This document shows positions 35,619-46,992 of a stretch of 64,000 bases of DNA, in pieces (position 1 is the stretch's first letter; every line of letters starts with the position of its first letter). Made by a program: the position numbers and the translations under genes. The DNA comes from Deltaproteobacteria bacterium (GTDB lineage: Bacteria > Desulfobacterota > Syntrophia > Syntrophales > UBA2185). The notes below the pieces were generated by a model. The model saw only the letters and a list, made by a program, of their open reading frames with translations, made no database searches and was not told the DNA's origin. The DNA lies in contig JAPLJS010000070.1 in NCBI GenBank assembly GCA_026388545.1, positions 14,065 to 78,064 on the forward strand, in the 5' to 3' direction.

Positions 35619-37115
35619 ATGTATTATCCGGACTTCGACGCATTTAAAAATTTTGCAGACCGGGGCAACCTAATCCCCGTCTACAGAGAGATCATGGCCG
35701 ATATTGACACGCCTGTCTCAGCCCTCATGAAACTTGGCTCAAAATCCCACGTCTTTCTCCTTGAGAGCGTTGAAGGCGGCGAAAAATGGGGACGTTACAC
35801 CTTTCTGGGATCAGACCCCCGTATCATATTCGAGGTCAAAGGAGAGGATGTCCTGATTCATGAAAATGGTAAGGTTAACTGCCGGAAGCACCAGGGAGAT
35901 CCTCTCAAATTTCTAAAAAATTTACTGAACGTTTATCGCCCCGTTCCGCTGAACGGGCTACCGCGTTTTTTTGGAGGGGCCGTGGGATATCTCGGTTATG
36001 ATATGGTACGCTATTTTGAAAAACTGCCATCCCGGATCAACGATGACTTGAAGACAGACGATTCAATCTTTATTATCACCGATACCCTAATTGTTTTTGA
36101 TAATGTCAGACACACAATTAAAGTGGTGTCGTGCGCCTTTACTGAAAACCGTAAAGATCTCAAGAATGTTTACGACGAAACAATCAATAAAATTGACGGT
36201 ATGATAGATATACTGAGAACCCCCCTTGAAACAAAAGAACGATATCGAAAGGTTGAAAACGATTCCCCTCTCCAATCCAATATGTCCCCTGAAACATTTA
36301 AGGACATCGTCAGAAAAGCTAAGGAATACATTGTTGCCGGAGATATCATCCAGGTTGTCCTCTCACAAAGATTTAATACGGAGAACGGTCTGGATCCAAT
36401 TGATCTGTACCGGGCGCTTCGTTATGTAAACCCCTCCCCTTACCTCTTTTTCCTTAAGCTTAGCGATATGTTCCTTATTGGATCCTCACCGGAGGTTATG
36501 GTCCGTCTCGAAGAGGGGATTGCGGAATTAAGACCTATCGCGGGAACGAGAAAAAGGGGAAAGAACGAACAGGAGGACAGGCGCCTTGCCGATGAGCTTC
36601 TTGAAGATCCCAAAGAGAGGGCGGAACATGTCATGCTGGTTGATCTGGGAAGGAATGATCTCGGAAGAATAGCACAGATCGGCAGTGTTCAGGTCAATCA
36701 ACTCATGGTAGTGGAGAGGTATTCACATGTTATGCATCTTGTCTCAAATATCCAGGCGCAATTATCAAAGGGAAAGGATTGCTTTGACCTCCTCGCGGCT
36801 ACCTTTCCCGCCGGCACGCTGTCCGGGGCGCCGAAAGTAAGAGCTATGGAGATCATAGACGAACTGGAGACTACCGGGCGCGGTCCTTACGGTGGCGCTG
36901 TGGGATACTTCAGTTATACAGGGAATATGGATCTCTGTATAACGATCAGAACCATTTTAGTCAAAGACGGCAAGATTTTTATCCAGGTCGGAGCGGGTAT
37001 TGTAGCTGATTCGGACCCCGATATGGAATATCAGGAAACCGTTAATAAAGGCGAGGGAATGATGCAGGCGATACGTCTTGCCGCCTCGGGATTTGAAATA
37101 AAGAAGAATAACTAA
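35619..37115 (+). CDS. trpE: Anthranilate synthase component I
   Basis: 498 aa with conserved TrpE motifs ([41 protein letters not shown]). Confidence 0.95.
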   Translation: MYYPDFDAFKNFADRGNLIPVYREIMADIDTPVSALMKLGSKSHVFLLESVEGGEKWGRYTFLGSDPRIIFEVKGEDVLIHENGKVNCRKHQGDPLKFLKNLLNVYRPVPLNGLPRFFGGAVGYLGYDMVRYFEKLPSRINDDLKTDDSIFIITDTLIVFDNVRHTIKVVSCAFTENRKDLKNVYDETINKIDGMIDILRTPLETKERYRKVENDSPLQSNMSPETFKDIVRKAKEYIVAGDIIQVVLSQRFNTENGLDPIDLYRALRYVNPSPYLFFLKLSDMFLIGSSPEVMVRLEEGIAELRPIAGTRKRGKNEQEDRRLADELLEDPKERAEHVMLVDLGRNDLGRIAQIGSVQVNQLMVVERYSHVMHLVSNIQAQLSKGKDCFDLLAATFPAGTLSGAPKVRAMEIIDELETTGRGPYGGAVGYFSYTGNMDLCITIRTILVKDGKIFIQVGAGIVADSDPDMEYQETVNKGEGMMQAIRLAASGFEIKKNN

Positions 37116-37126
37116 CGGAGGAAACT

Positions 37127-37714
37127 ATGATCTTAATGATCGATAATTACGATTCCTTTACCTACAACCTCGTTCAGTATCTGGGCCAGTTGGGCCAGGA
37201 TGTTACGGTTTATCGGAATGACGAGATAACTCTCGATGAAATCGGGAAACTCGCACCCGATGCAATATTTTTATCACCCGGTCCGTGCACGCCAAAGGAA
37301 GCGGGAATCACTGTTGATGTCATCAGAGAATTTCATAAATCCGTACCCCTCATGGGGGTCTGCCTGGGGCATCAGGCCATCGGTTATGCCTTCGGCGGTA
37401 ACGTAGTAAGAGCCGGCAGGCTCATGCATGGTAAAACCTCCCCGATCATCAATGACGGAAAAACGATCTTTAAAGGTCTCCCTAATCCTTTCACTGCAGG
37501 ACGTTATCATTCCCTCCTTGTGGAGAGGACTTCCCTTCCATCCTGTCTTGAGATAAGTGCTGAAACCGAGGAAGGAGAAATCATGGGCATACGGCATCGT
37601 GAATACCCGGTGGAAGGAATACAGTTCCATCCTGAATCGATCCTGACACCGCATGGCAAGAGAATTATAAAAAATTATTTAGAAATGATTATAAAAAAGG
37701 AGATGCTACAATGA
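37127..37714 (+). CDS. trpG: Anthranilate synthase component II (glutamine amidotransferase)
   Basis: Class I GATase ([23 protein letters not shown]). Confidence 0.95.
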   Translation: MILMIDNYDSFTYNLVQYLGQLGQDVTVYRNDEITLDEIGKLAPDAIFLSPGPCTPKEAGITVDVIREFHKSVPLMGVCLGHQAIGYAFGGNVVRAGRLMHGKTSPIINDGKTIFKGLPNPFTAGRYHSLLVERTSLPSCLEISAETEEGEIMGIRHREYPVEGIQFHPESILTPHGKRIIKNYLEMIIKKEMLQ

Positions 37715-38721
37715 TAAAAGAGGCAATTGCAAAGGTAGTAGATCACGAAGATCTCAATGAAACAGCAATGATGGAAGTCATGGATGAAGTTATGGAGGGA
37801 AAGGCGACGCCCGCGCAGATCGCCGCTTTCATAACCGCACTCAGGATCAAAGGTGAAACGGTTGATGAAGTTACCGGCGCAGCCCGTATCATGAGGAAAA
37901 AAGCGACAAGAATTGATGCTCGTTCTTCAATTATCGTTGATACCTGTGGCACCGGCGGTGATGGAATGAAGACTTTTAATATATCCACAACGAGCGCTTT
38001 TGTCGTGGCTGCTGCGGGCATTGTCGTCGCTAAACATGGAAACCGAGCCGTTTCCAGCAGCTGTGGAAGCGCAGATGTCCTGGAGGCATTAGGCGTAAAT
38101 ATCAGCGCGCCACCGGAGATTGTAGAAGAATGCATTCATCAGATCGGCATCGGCTTTCTTTTTGCGCCTAAACTTCATGGAGCAATGAAGTATGCTATCG
38201 GTCCGCGAAGAGAGATCGGAATCAGGACAATATTCAACATGTTGGGCCCGCTGACAAATCCCGCCGGGGCCACGTCCCAGCTTATCGGGGTGTATAATCC
38301 GCAGTTAACGGAGATGTTTGCAGGTGTGCTCAGAAATCTCGGCACAAAGAGGGCCTTTGTGGTTCATGGTTCTGACGGTCTCGATGAAGCGACGGTTACC
38401 GGTGAGACGCGTGTAACAGAATTGAAAGATGGGAATATCATGACGTATAATATTGACCCCGTTGATCTCTTTGGTGAAATGTTTCCGGTTGACACGCTTG
38501 TCGGTGGTGATGCTTCGCTTAATGCTCAGATCACAAAGGACGTATTAACCGGCAAAAGCGGCGCCTGTCGAAATATTGTCGTTCTCAATTCCGCCTTGGC
38601 AATTGTGGCCGGTGAAAAGGCAAAAACAATCAAAGAGGGGATTGCGATAGCAGCAGAATGTATTGACAGCGGAGCGGCCGTCAAAAAACTACAAGCCCTG
38701 ATTGAGGTGAGTAATAGTTGA
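37711..38721 (+). CDS. trpD: Anthranilate phosphoribosyltransferase
   Basis: DTCGTGGDG and KHGNRAVSS motifs; ATGA overlap with trpG. Confidence 0.95.
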   Translation: MIKEAIAKVVDHEDLNETAMMEVMDEVMEGKATPAQIAAFITALRIKGETVDEVTGAARIMRKKATRIDARSSIIVDTCGTGGDGMKTFNISTTSAFVVAAAGIVVAKHGNRAVSSSCGSADVLEALGVNISAPPEIVEECIHQIGIGFLFAPKLHGAMKYAIGPRREIGIRTIFNMLGPLTNPAGATSQLIGVYNPQLTEMFAGVLRNLGTKRAFVVHGSDGLDEATVTGETRVTELKDGNIMTYNIDPVDLFGEMFPVDTLVGGDASLNAQITKDVLTGKSGACRNIVVLNSALAIVAGEKAKTIKEGIAIAAECIDSGAAVKKLQALIEVSNS

Positions 38722-38749
38722 TTCGATACGTTGTCGTTACTACGAAAAT

Positions 38750-38850
38750 ACCCCCTCCCTTTCATCCCTCCCACCAGGGGAGGGAAAAGAGAGTTCCTCT
38801 CCCTTGATGGGACGCGTGCCCTTCAGGGTAGAGGATTAAGGTGAGGGTGA
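38750..38850. repeat. REP-like palindromic intergenic element between trpD and trpC
   Basis: Two hairpins: TCCCTCCC-ACCA-GGGGAGGGA, and CCTCTCCCTTGA...TTCAGGGTAGAGG. Confidence 0.5.
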
Positions 38851-38879
38851 CAGAATAATATTTGTTTAAAGATTACTTT

Positions 38880-39656
38880 ATGATTCTTGATAAGATCATT
38901 ATTGCAAAAAAAGAAGAAGTCGCCCGTTTGAATCGGACCATGCCCCTTTCCGAATTGAAAGCGGCCATTCGATATCTTTCCTCCCCCCGTGATTTCCGGG
39001 GTGCGATTAGTGGAAAAACGTGTGCCATTATTGCCGAAGTTAAAAGACGCTCTCCCTCCAGGGGAATTCTCAGAGAAGATTTTGATCCTGTTAAAATCGC
39101 TTCACTCTATGAGGGAAACGGAGCTGCAGCAATATCCGTCCTCACGGATAGGGAATTTTTTGGTGGAGATACATCCTTTCTCACGGATATTAAGAATATC
39201 GTCAGCCTTCCATTGTTGAGAAAGGACTTCATCATTGACCCGTACCAGATCTACGAAACCCGGCGCCTTAATGGTGACGCCCTCCTCCTCATTGCAGGCA
39301 TTCTTGAAGAGGAGCAGTTGAGAGAATACATTCGGCTGACCGAATCTCTTGGCCTTTCTGCCCTCGTTGAAGTACATTCCCGGGGTGAAGTGAATAAGGC
39401 CCTCATTGCCGGAGCTACCCTTATCGGAATTAACAACAGGGATTTGAAAACATTTTCTACAGACCTGAGTACTTCTTTTAATATCGCGCAACATATACCG
39501 GCAGACAAAGTTATCATAAGCGAAAGCGGCATTAACACAAGAGAAGATATCGAGATGTTGATGAAGGCTGGGATTCATGCCTTCTTGATCGGCGAGAGCC
39601 TTATGTGTTCTCAAAATATCGGATTAAAGTTGAAAGAGCTTCGCGGCAATGAATAG
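38880..39656 (+). CDS. trpC: Indole-3-glycerol phosphate synthase
   Basis: IAEVKRRSPS, LRKDFI and GINNRDL motifs. I prefer ATG 38880 over TTG 38862. Confidence 0.93.
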   Translation: MILDKIIIAKKEEVARLNRTMPLSELKAAIRYLSSPRDFRGAISGKTCAIIAEVKRRSPSRGILREDFDPVKIASLYEGNGAAAISVLTDREFFGGDTSFLTDIKNIVSLPLLRKDFIIDPYQIYETRRLNGDALLLIAGILEEEQLREYIRLTESLGLSALVEVHSRGEVNKALIAGATLIGINNRDLKTFSTDLSTSFNIAQHIPADKVIISESGINTREDIEMLMKAGIHAFLIGESLMCSQNIGLKLKELRGNE

Positions 39657-40323
39657 AAAATCAACACTGGAAATCAAGATTTGTGGAATTACCAATCGTG
39701 AAGATGCAATTAATGCTTGCACCTATGGAGCCGATGCCCTCGGATTCATTTTTTATCCGCAGACACCACGGTATGTAACCCCGGAAACAGCAAGGCACAT
39801 CATAGAAAATCTTCCGCGTGATATAATTAAGGTTGGTGTCTTTGTGAATCATGATATTCAAAAGGTCAAGGATATATTTGAATACTGCGGACTCGACCTT
39901 ATTCAGCTTCACGGTGATGAATCACCGGAGTATTGCAGGCAGTTCCCGGAATCTTTACTGATAAAAGCATATTCGCCCCGGAGTGAGGAAGACCTGAATA
40001 GTGTAAATAAATATCCTGTTAAGGCAATCCTGATAGATTCGCGAGATTCCGAACGTTATGGTGGTACGGGAAAAACATCCGACTGGAACCTGGCAGCGAA
40101 ATTAAAAGAAATGCACGCTCTTATTCTTTCCGGAGGATTGAATATCGACAATATTCTCGAAGCAATGAATACGGTTTTACCCCATGCCGTTGATATCAAC
40201 AGCGGTATTGAAGTTTCACCAGGGAAGAAAGACCCGGATAAAATGAAAACTATCATTAAGATGGTTCATGCGATCGAGAGAAAAAGTCCGGTAACGATAT
40301 TTACAAGAATGTCGCAATCATAG
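39649..40323 (+). CDS. trpF: Phosphoribosylanthranilate isomerase
   Basis: KICGIT...DALGFIF, QLHGDE, GGTG...ILSGGL. Confidence 0.9.
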   Translation: MNRKSTLEIKICGITNREDAINACTYGADALGFIFYPQTPRYVTPETARHIIENLPRDIIKVGVFVNHDIQKVKDIFEYCGLDLIQLHGDESPEYCRQFPESLLIKAYSPRSEEDLNSVNKYPVKAILIDSRDSERYGGTGKTSDWNLAAKLKEMHALILSGGLNIDNILEAMNTVLPHAVDINSGIEVSPGKKDPDKMKTIIKMVHAIERKSPVTIFTRMSQS

Positions 40324-40354
40324 GTGATACATATTGGTCTTAAAAATATATAGT

Positions 40355-40406
40355 GTCGGGCTAGACGCCCAACCTACTCAACTGTAGGACAGGCGTCCCG
40401 CCTGTC
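40355..40406. repeat. REP-like compound palindrome between trpF and trpB
   Basis: Three hairpins: GGGC-TAGAC-GCCC, CCTAC-N6-GTAGG and GACAGGCG-TCC-CGCCTGTC. Confidence 0.5.
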
Positions 40407-40447
40407 TCTAATCGGTATTGAAAGGTAATTTGTAAGAAGGAGAAATT

Positions 40448-41641
40448 ATGCAGCAAACACTACCCGACAAAAAGGGACACTTCGGAATCTTCGGCGGCCG
40501 CTATGTCGCGGAAACCCTGATGCCCGCCCTCATTGAACTTGAGGCGGCTTATAAGGCCTCACAAAAAGACAGGACTTTCAGAGAAGAATTCACCTATTAC
40601 CTTAAGGAATATGCGGGAAGGGCAACCCCTCTCTATCATGCAAAGCGTCTCTCAGAAAAACTTGGAGGCGCAAGGATATACCTGAAGCGTGAAGATCTCA
40701 ATCATACAGGTTCACATAAAATAAACAATACGCTGGGGCAGGCCTTGCTTGCCAGACGTATGGGAAAAAAAAGAGTCATTGCAGAAACGGGAGCCGGCCA
40801 GCATGGAGTTGCTATAGCCACAGTTGCGGCACTGTTCGGGATGGAATGCCGGATTTTCATGGGTGAAGAGGACATCAGACGTCAGGCTCCCAATGTTTTT
40901 CGTATGAAAATACTCGGCGCCGAGGTCGTACCTGTGACATCGGGAACGGCAACACTCAAAGATGCCATGAATGAGGCGATGCGGCATTGGGTATCAAGGG
41001 TAAGAGACACTTTTTACGTCATCGGTACAACGGCAGGACCCCATCCCTATCCGATGATGGTCAGGGAGTTTCAGAGTATAATCGGGAAAGAGACAAAAAA
41101 ACAGATTCTAAAAAAAGAAGGGCGGTTTCCTGACATCCTGATTGCCTGTATAGGCGGCGGGAGTAATGCCATGGGAATATTTTATCCCTTTAAAGACATC
41201 CCCGGCGTTGAAATGATCGGCGTCGAGGCTGCCGGAAAAGGTATTATGACAGGTCGCCACGCAGCGAGCATCTCTGCGGGAAGCGTCGGCGTTCTTCACG
41301 GCAATAAGACCTATCTTCTCCAGGATAAAAATGGTCAGGTTCATGACGCCTATTCCATTGCGGCCGGACTCGACTACCCTGGAGTCGGCCCGGAACATAG
41401 TTATTTCAAGGACACAGGCAGAGTAACGTACGTAAGTATCGAGGACGAAGAAGCTGTCCAGGCTTTTATTCTCCTTTCCAAATTGGAGGGGATCATCCCT
41501 GCCATGGAAAGTGCCCATGCAGTAGCTTATACCATGAAAATTGCCCCTTCCCTGGATAAGGACAAGATTATCATTGTCAACCTCTCCGGAAGGGGCGATA
41601 AAGATGCTGAAACAATCACCCAAAGAATGGAGAATCTTTGA
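40448..41641 (+). CDS. trpB: Tryptophan synthase beta chain
   Basis: HTGSHKINN (PLP lysine) and GGGSNAMG. Confidence 0.96.
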   Translation: MQQTLPDKKGHFGIFGGRYVAETLMPALIELEAAYKASQKDRTFREEFTYYLKEYAGRATPLYHAKRLSEKLGGARIYLKREDLNHTGSHKINNTLGQALLARRMGKKRVIAETGAGQHGVAIATVAALFGMECRIFMGEEDIRRQAPNVFRMKILGAEVVPVTSGTATLKDAMNEAMRHWVSRVRDTFYVIGTTAGPHPYPMMVREFQSIIGKETKKQILKKEGRFPDILIACIGGGSNAMGIFYPFKDIPGVEMIGVEAAGKGIMTGRHAASISAGSVGVLHGNKTYLLQDKNGQVHDAYSIAAGLDYPGVGPEHSYFKDTGRVTYVSIEDEEAVQAFILLSKLEGIIPAMESAHAVAYTMKIAPSLDKDKIIIVNLSGRGDKDAETITQRMENL

Positions 41642-42438
41642 TGACTGACAGAATTGAAAAAATATTCAGTGACCTTAAGCAAAAAGGGCAGAAAGCATTA
41701 GTCGTATACCTCACGGCAGGAGATCCCGACCTGGAAACAACCCGCCGTCTCATCCTCAGCTTACAGGAGGCAGGGGTTGATATTATTGAAATCGGGGTTC
41801 CTTTTTCAGATCCTACGGCAGATGGCCCGATCATTCAGGCAGCTTCACAGAGGGCCCTCCGGAACGGAGTAACACTTTCAGGCATTCTTGATATGATTGA
41901 ATCTTTGCGAAACATATGCGAGATTCCTATCGTCCTGTTCGGTTACTACAATCCCATTTTTTCATATGGAAATGAACGATTTGCCATCAGGGCAAAAAAG
42001 GCAGGGGTGGACGGGATTCTCGTCGTCGATCTCCCGCCGGAGGAATCGCGTGAACTCAGGCAATATACAGACCGTGCAGGGATTGATTTCATTTCTCTCA
42101 TTGCCCCGACGACCAACGACTATCGTTTGAAAAATATTTCAAAAAATGCGACAGGATTTCTTTACTATATCTCCATCACCGGAGTAACCGGAACAGCAAA
42201 GCCTCTCATTGAAAATATTAGAACTGACGCAGAACGTATTCGAAAGACAACCGCCCTGCCCCTCGTTATCGGCTTCGGTATATCAACGCCGGATCAGGCC
42301 GCAGAAATCGCTTCCTGCGCGGACGGCATTGTCGTCGGCAGTGCCTTTGTTCATCTTGTTGAAAAAAATTATGGTAATGATAATCTGATTCAGATAACAT
42401 CATCCTATGTTAAGGAAATCAAAAACGCATTATCATAA
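41638..42438 (+). CDS. trpA: Tryptophan synthase alpha chain
   Basis: [17 protein letters not shown] motif; ATGA overlap with trpB. Confidence 0.95.
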   Translation: MMTDRIEKIFSDLKQKGQKALVVYLTAGDPDLETTRRLILSLQEAGVDIIEIGVPFSDPTADGPIIQAASQRALRNGVTLSGILDMIESLRNICEIPIVLFGYYNPIFSYGNERFAIRAKKAGVDGILVVDLPPEESRELRQYTDRAGIDFISLIAPTTNDYRLKNISKNATGFLYYISITGVTGTAKPLIENIRTDAERIRKTTALPLVIGFGISTPDQAAEIASCADGIVVGSAFVHLVEKNYGNDNLIQITSSYVKEIKNALS

Positions 42439-42453
42439 TTGTTGAGGACCGCC

Positions 42454-43209
42454 ATGGATACTGAATTCAAAGAGCGATTCATAAGAAACTGGAATAACTC
42501 TTTCCCCGGTGCAGATTTGCCCATCGGATTTTATTACACTGATATTAAAGACCCAAAATCCATGCTAAAACCCCCGAAGGGTCATCGGTGCATCATCGGT
42601 GATTTGGCTAAAGTCCGCAATGGCAAGAATTTATGCTTTGACGTGCAATCCACTGGCTGTAGTGGTGGAAAGCGATACCTGGGTTTTGATGACAAGTTGA
42701 TGCCTAATTTTGAATATTTCCTTTCCTACGGCATTCCCGGTATGCTGGAGGGAGAAAGATATAAGAAATCACCGGAACTCGTCAAAGAACACATGAAACA
42801 CCAGACACCATTCAAAGCGCCTTCCGAATATATTATGTTCAAAAGATGGGACAACATGCAGGAAGGTGATAAACCGTCAGTGATCGTTTTCTTTGCTCCT
42901 CCCGATGTCCTTTCCGGTCTTTTCACACTCGCAAGTTTCGATGAACCGCAACCTCACGGTGTTATTGTACCCTTCTGCGCGGGCTGTGCCTCTATCGTCG
43001 ATTATCCCTACAAAGAACTTCAATCCGGGCGGCCTCGTGCGGTTTTAGGTATGTTCGATGTCTCTGCCCGGCCGTTCGTTCCTGCCGGGCTGCTTACCTT
43101 TGCTATCCCCTGGCCTAAATTCGTCCGCATGGTGGATAACATGGAGGAAAGCTTTCTCATCACAAAATCCTGGAACAAAGTAAAAAATAGAATTAAGCGA
43201 AGCCTTTAA
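42454..43209 (+). CDS. DUF169 domain protein
   Basis: About 250 aa, with the N-terminal pattern and size typical of DUF169 (COG2043). Directly follows trpA. Confidence 0.5.
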   Translation: MDTEFKERFIRNWNNSFPGADLPIGFYYTDIKDPKSMLKPPKGHRCIIGDLAKVRNGKNLCFDVQSTGCSGGKRYLGFDDKLMPNFEYFLSYGIPGMLEGERYKKSPELVKEHMKHQTPFKAPSEYIMFKRWDNMQEGDKPSVIVFFAPPDVLSGLFTLASFDEPQPHGVIVPFCAGCASIVDYPYKELQSGRPRAVLGMFDVSARPFVPAGLLTFAIPWPKFVRMVDNMEESFLITKSWNKVKNRIKRSL

Positions 43210-43244
43210 AATATTAGACGATAGAAAAAAGATTCAATATTCTT

Positions 43245-43846
43245 ATGCATTATACCATCTTCGACATCCCCCTTTTAAGAAACCTGCTCCAGGGCCTTTC
43301 ACTACTTGTTTTAAAAATATTCGGATGGCGCAGATCAGGCCGACTGCCGGAGATACCAAAATATGTCATGATAGCCGCACCCCATACATCAAACTGGGAT
43401 TTCCCAATCACACTTGCCATAGTCTTTGCATTCAAGATGCGGCTGAACTGGCTGGGAAAGGAAGCTATTTTTCGATGGCCTTTTGGTACCTTTTTCAAAT
43501 GGCTTGGCGGCATTCCCGTCAACCGCACGAAATCCGGTGATGTGGTTGCGCAAACAATCCACGCATTCAAAAAAAAGCAAAAATGGCTATGATGCTCGCT
43601 CCCGAGGGGACACGAAAGAAAGTCACATACTGGAAGACAGGATTCTATCACATTGCCAATGGCGCCAATGTTCCTATTGTACTGGGTTTCCTTGATTATA
43701 TGCGAAAGGTGGGTGGTATCGGCCCGACGCTTATTCCAACCGGAAACATTGAGTCCGATATGGCGAAGATTCGGGCCTTTTATGATACTATTTCAGGTAA
43801 GACTCCGGACAAGTCAACTCCGGCAATGATCGCCCCACAAGGCTGA
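43245..43846 (+). CDS. 1-acyl-sn-glycerol-3-phosphate acyltransferase-like (PlsC family); a full-length product needs a -1 frameshift at 43571..43577
   Basis: The HX4D motif (HTSNWD) is in ORF 43245..43592. The PEGTR motif is in ORF 43583..43846, which is in the -1 frame. The junction lies in a run of 8 A followed by G. Confidence 0.7.
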
Positions 43847-43874
43847 TCAACATAAATGCGGGTATGACCCTCAT

Positions 43875-44267
43875 TTATTCCTCATAGACGCCGCTGCAAA
43901 TAATCAGGTCCTCTACTTTCCTAAAATATACGTTCTTCGGCAGCACCTCTTTGGTTACCGGGTTGTACCATTTGTACGTGACCCAGCCGCTGCCTTCTTT
44001 ATTTGCGATATCGACGATTTCTTTGATAAAAATCTTACCGTCATAATCCTTTATATCAATGAATTCTTCCCCAACAAAATTTTCATTGACTCCATGTGCA
44101 AGCATGGTTCCTCTGGGATTTAACGCATAAATATACATTTCATCGAGAACAAACTGTCCATTAGGATTCGTATATTCAGCCAGTGCGATTCTTTTACCTG
44201 AAGCTTTATAAAAAGCTACAGCCTTTTCCACCCATTGCTTAGCGTCTTGTACATTTCGTTTACTCAT
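43875..44267 (-). CDS. Stand-alone single Cache (sCache_2-like) domain protein
   Basis: 130 aa. The pattern YIYALNPRGTMLAHG...GWVTYKWYNP...KNVYFRKV is typical of cache_2 domains. Confidence 0.6.
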   Translation of the reverse strand: MSKRNVQDAKQWVEKAVAFYKASGKRIALAEYTNPNGQFVLDEMYIYALNPRGTMLAHGVNENFVGEEFIDIKDYDGKIFIKEIVDIANKEGSGWVTYKWYNPVTKEVLPKNVYFRKVEDLIICSGVYEE

Positions 44268-44339
44268 ACTGTTACTCCTTCATGCAACCCCAGTGCTATC
44301 GGGAAAAACAAACTTAATTTAAACTAAATACCACGAAAA

Positions 44340-45503
44340 CTATCTTTTTAGCCGGTCCATAATAATTTGTGCGCAATCGTCACCTGCGTTTTCATAGAGG
44401 CCGATTATCTTTCGTTCATAGATAGCTCTTTGGACAGAATCGGATGCGTGTGCGGCGTTCTGTAAAATGTTCTGCCCGAAATCTGAACGAACCGTACCGT
44501 GCGCAGCCTTTGCCGGATCTGATTCACCCAAGCGCTCGCGGATTTTCCCTACCGCGCTATATCCACGATACAGAAGCGCCAGTGCCCGGTGTGTGCCGGG
44601 TTTGTTACGTTCATCCGGCGACACTGTGCCCGGATCAACGCCTGTCATATACTTCACAATTTGTGAAAATTTATACGCAGCATTCATTTCGGCGATTATT
44701 TCGGCCATGGCATTGTATTCTTCAGCGGTTATCTCAAAATCAAAAGATTGTTCTATTCCTTCCTTGATTTTTTCCGCAACCCGGTACTTGAGTTTTCTCC
44801 TGAACATATCTCGCAGGAATCCGTAGAAATCCTCACCTTGTGCGGCACTCATCCGGATCATGCGTGCGCCAACGACCCGGAGGCCTGTTTTTGCAAACAT
44901 GTCGATCATGTTCCCGGGGCGGACTGTATGCTTGAAAAAATTGTCCGGCTTCAAAATGACCATTGTCGTCTCACCTTCAGCACACTCTTCATAGATGCCG
45001 GAGTCATTAAATCCAAGCCGGGCGAATAGTTCCAAATTATTTCTCGCATATTCCGGATTCGTCGGCACCAGTACTGCCGGTTCGAAGTATCGGACAGTTC
45101 CATCGGGTGTGGTGATGTAATCACAGTATGTGCCTCGAATGGTTCCCCTGCTTGCTTCCGATTCCGCTTCCGTCGTAAGCTTGCCGACAATATCATAGAT
45201 CCTTTCCACGGCATTCTCACCTTCAAACATAAGGAACAGGCACCGGTTCGGCTGACCGAGGATATTTTCACTGCGGAGGTTTTGATCGATGTAATCGACG
45301 AGTGCTTTTTCTACTCGTGGATCAATGCACAGACTTTTAACACGTTTGATGTATTCATCGACAAACTCATCCGACGGTCGCATCATCCGGACGCCGACCA
45401 GATCGCAGCCTGAGAATGACATAAGCCGCGCAATGATATTCCCCGTCCGGGATTTGATGAGACTGTATGGCGTGATGACTACGTATGTCAGCTCGGTTGT
45501 CAT
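44340..45503 (-). CDS. Tandem nucleoside-diphosphate-kinase-like protein (degenerate N-terminal NDK fold plus C-terminal NDK domain)
   Basis: The C-terminal half has VILKPDNF, GTVRSDFG and NAAHASDS (catalytic His context). The N-terminal half has VVITPYSL and GTIRGTY but no NxxHxSD. Confidence 0.6.
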   Translation of the reverse strand: MTTELTYVVITPYSLIKSRTGNIIARLMSFSGCDLVGVRMMRPSDEFVDEYIKRVKSLCIDPRVEKALVDYIDQNLRSENILGQPNRCLFLMFEGENAVERIYDIVGKLTTEAESEASRGTIRGTYCDYITTPDGTVRYFEPAVLVPTNPEYARNNLELFARLGFNDSGIYEECAEGETTMVILKPDNFFKHTVRPGNMIDMFAKTGLRVVGARMIRMSAAQGEDFYGFLRDMFRRKLKYRVAEKIKEGIEQSFDFEITAEEYNAMAEIIAEMNAAYKFSQIVKYMTGVDPGTVSPDERNKPGTHRALALLYRGYSAVGKIRERLGESDPAKAAHGTVRSDFGQNILQNAAHASDSVQRAIYERKIIGLYENAGDDCAQIIMDRLKR

Positions 45504-45791
45504 ATAACCTATCTTTATCTATTTATATTTTCCATTGCGGTACCGGAATCATTTCCGCGCGGGCGGAAATGCAGCCGGAAATACCCCTTGAACTCAGGTA
45601 TATTGGCAATCTTCCACTATCAGTTCTTATAAACATATCATTCCTGTCATTATTTTACAATATATACAAGTATATTTGTTGTTGATCTCGCATTGAAATA
45701 ATATTGACATACACAACCCGCTTCTCTATACTTTATAGACACATGGGGAATTCTTGTCGAAAATCGATTAAACATCTGGAAGGAGAATACT

Positions 45792-46442
45792 ATGCATGGG
45801 AAAAGAGTGGATAAGATAACCATCGACATGAATGCGGCCCGACTGCCGGAGGATCTTGAGAGGTATAGAACAAAAGCCCTGGAATTAGGGGCCACGAAGG
45901 CTGCAATTGTAAGAGTCCGGGAGATTCCCGTGGATGAAAGAATCGTTTTGAAATGCCAGATTCCCCGGTGTTTCGGATACGGCGCCTGTGCACACTGCCC
46001 GCCAAACACGCTGAATCCGGCAGAGCTCCGTAAAATACTGAAAGGATACCAGAGTGCTGTTTTTTTCATTATTGATGTTCCACCCGATGTCATTGTAAGA
46101 GACAGGGCAACAATCAAAGAAAGAGAAGCAGCGTATCAGTCAATATTTAATATCGTAAGTGAGATCGAGTCCATGGCCTTTTACGATGGCCACTACCTTG
46201 CCTTCGGATTTGCCGCCGGCTCTTGCCGTCACACATTCTGCAGCCAACATGAACGCTGTCAGGCGATGGAGGGCAAGCGATGCAGAATCTCCCTCCGTTC
46301 CCGACCTTCAATGGAAGCCGTAGGTATAGATGTGTATAAAATGGCCGCTGCATCAGGGTGGGAAATCTACCCGATCGGCAGCAACGCCAAGCCGGAAGAC
46401 ATTCCCAAAGGTACCCTGGCGGGGATTATCATTGTTCAGTAA
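45792..46442 (+). CDS. Predicted metal-binding protein, DUF2284-like
   Basis: Cys cluster CQIPRCFGYGACAHCPP; about 215 aa; RBS GGAAGGAG. Confidence 0.45.
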   Translation: MHGKRVDKITIDMNAARLPEDLERYRTKALELGATKAAIVRVREIPVDERIVLKCQIPRCFGYGACAHCPPNTLNPAELRKILKGYQSAVFFIIDVPPDVIVRDRATIKEREAAYQSIFNIVSEIESMAFYDGHYLAFGFAAGSCRHTFCSQHERCQAMEGKRCRISLRSRPSMEAVGIDVYKMAAASGWEIYPIGSNAKPEDIPKGTLAGIIIVQ

Positions 46443-46565
46443 TCAATTCCGTAGAGCGCCTCCCAAGGAGAAAATATTGACAAGCCGCTCCAAATTTAAT
46501 ACACTCCTAGTGAAACTAAGTACGCTGCACGAAGAAGAAATGTTACACTTGATTAAGGAGAGATC

Positions 46566-46877
46566 ATGAGAATAAGAGTACGGGACGAAAAGATCATCAA
46601 GGCCATAAAAAAATTTGAGGGGATCGATATCATTCTCAAGACCGTCGAGGATGCCAAAAGGGCTATGCGTCTGATCCTCCGTAAGACGGATATTTCCCGT
46701 ACCAAAGACTTCGAAGGCCTCAAGGACATCGCCATCACCCAGGTTGTCGAGCATGCCACCAGTGCCGTTGAATACCAGACTTATTACGAAGTCGAATTCA
46801 CTCTCACCGACGATCTCTTCATCGAAATGGAGATCGCTCTGATCAAGGAGCTTCAGGCTTTGTTTGAAAAAATATAG
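46566..46877 (+). CDS. Hypothetical protein (103 aa)
   Basis: RBS AAGGAG 6 nt upstream of the ATG. No motif recognised. Confidence 0.45.
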   Translation: MRIRVRDEKIIKAIKKFEGIDIILKTVEDAKRAMRLILRKTDISRTKDFEGLKDIAITQVVEHATSAVEYQTYYEVEFTLTDDLFIEMEIALIKELQALFEKI

Positions 46878-46992
46878 TCTCACCCTCCTCAACCGCCGTA
46901 CGGTATAAACAACATCTTACGCTCCTTTCTTCTTGACGTACAAGAACCTTATTTTCTATATTTGACCAGCCCAAAAGGAATTCTTATCAAAT

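Noticed and set aside
45650-46117. 155-aa minus-strand ORF
   Set aside because: It overlaps the 5' half of the DUF2284-like gene, which has a good RBS and a Cys motif. The ORF has odd composition and no RBS.
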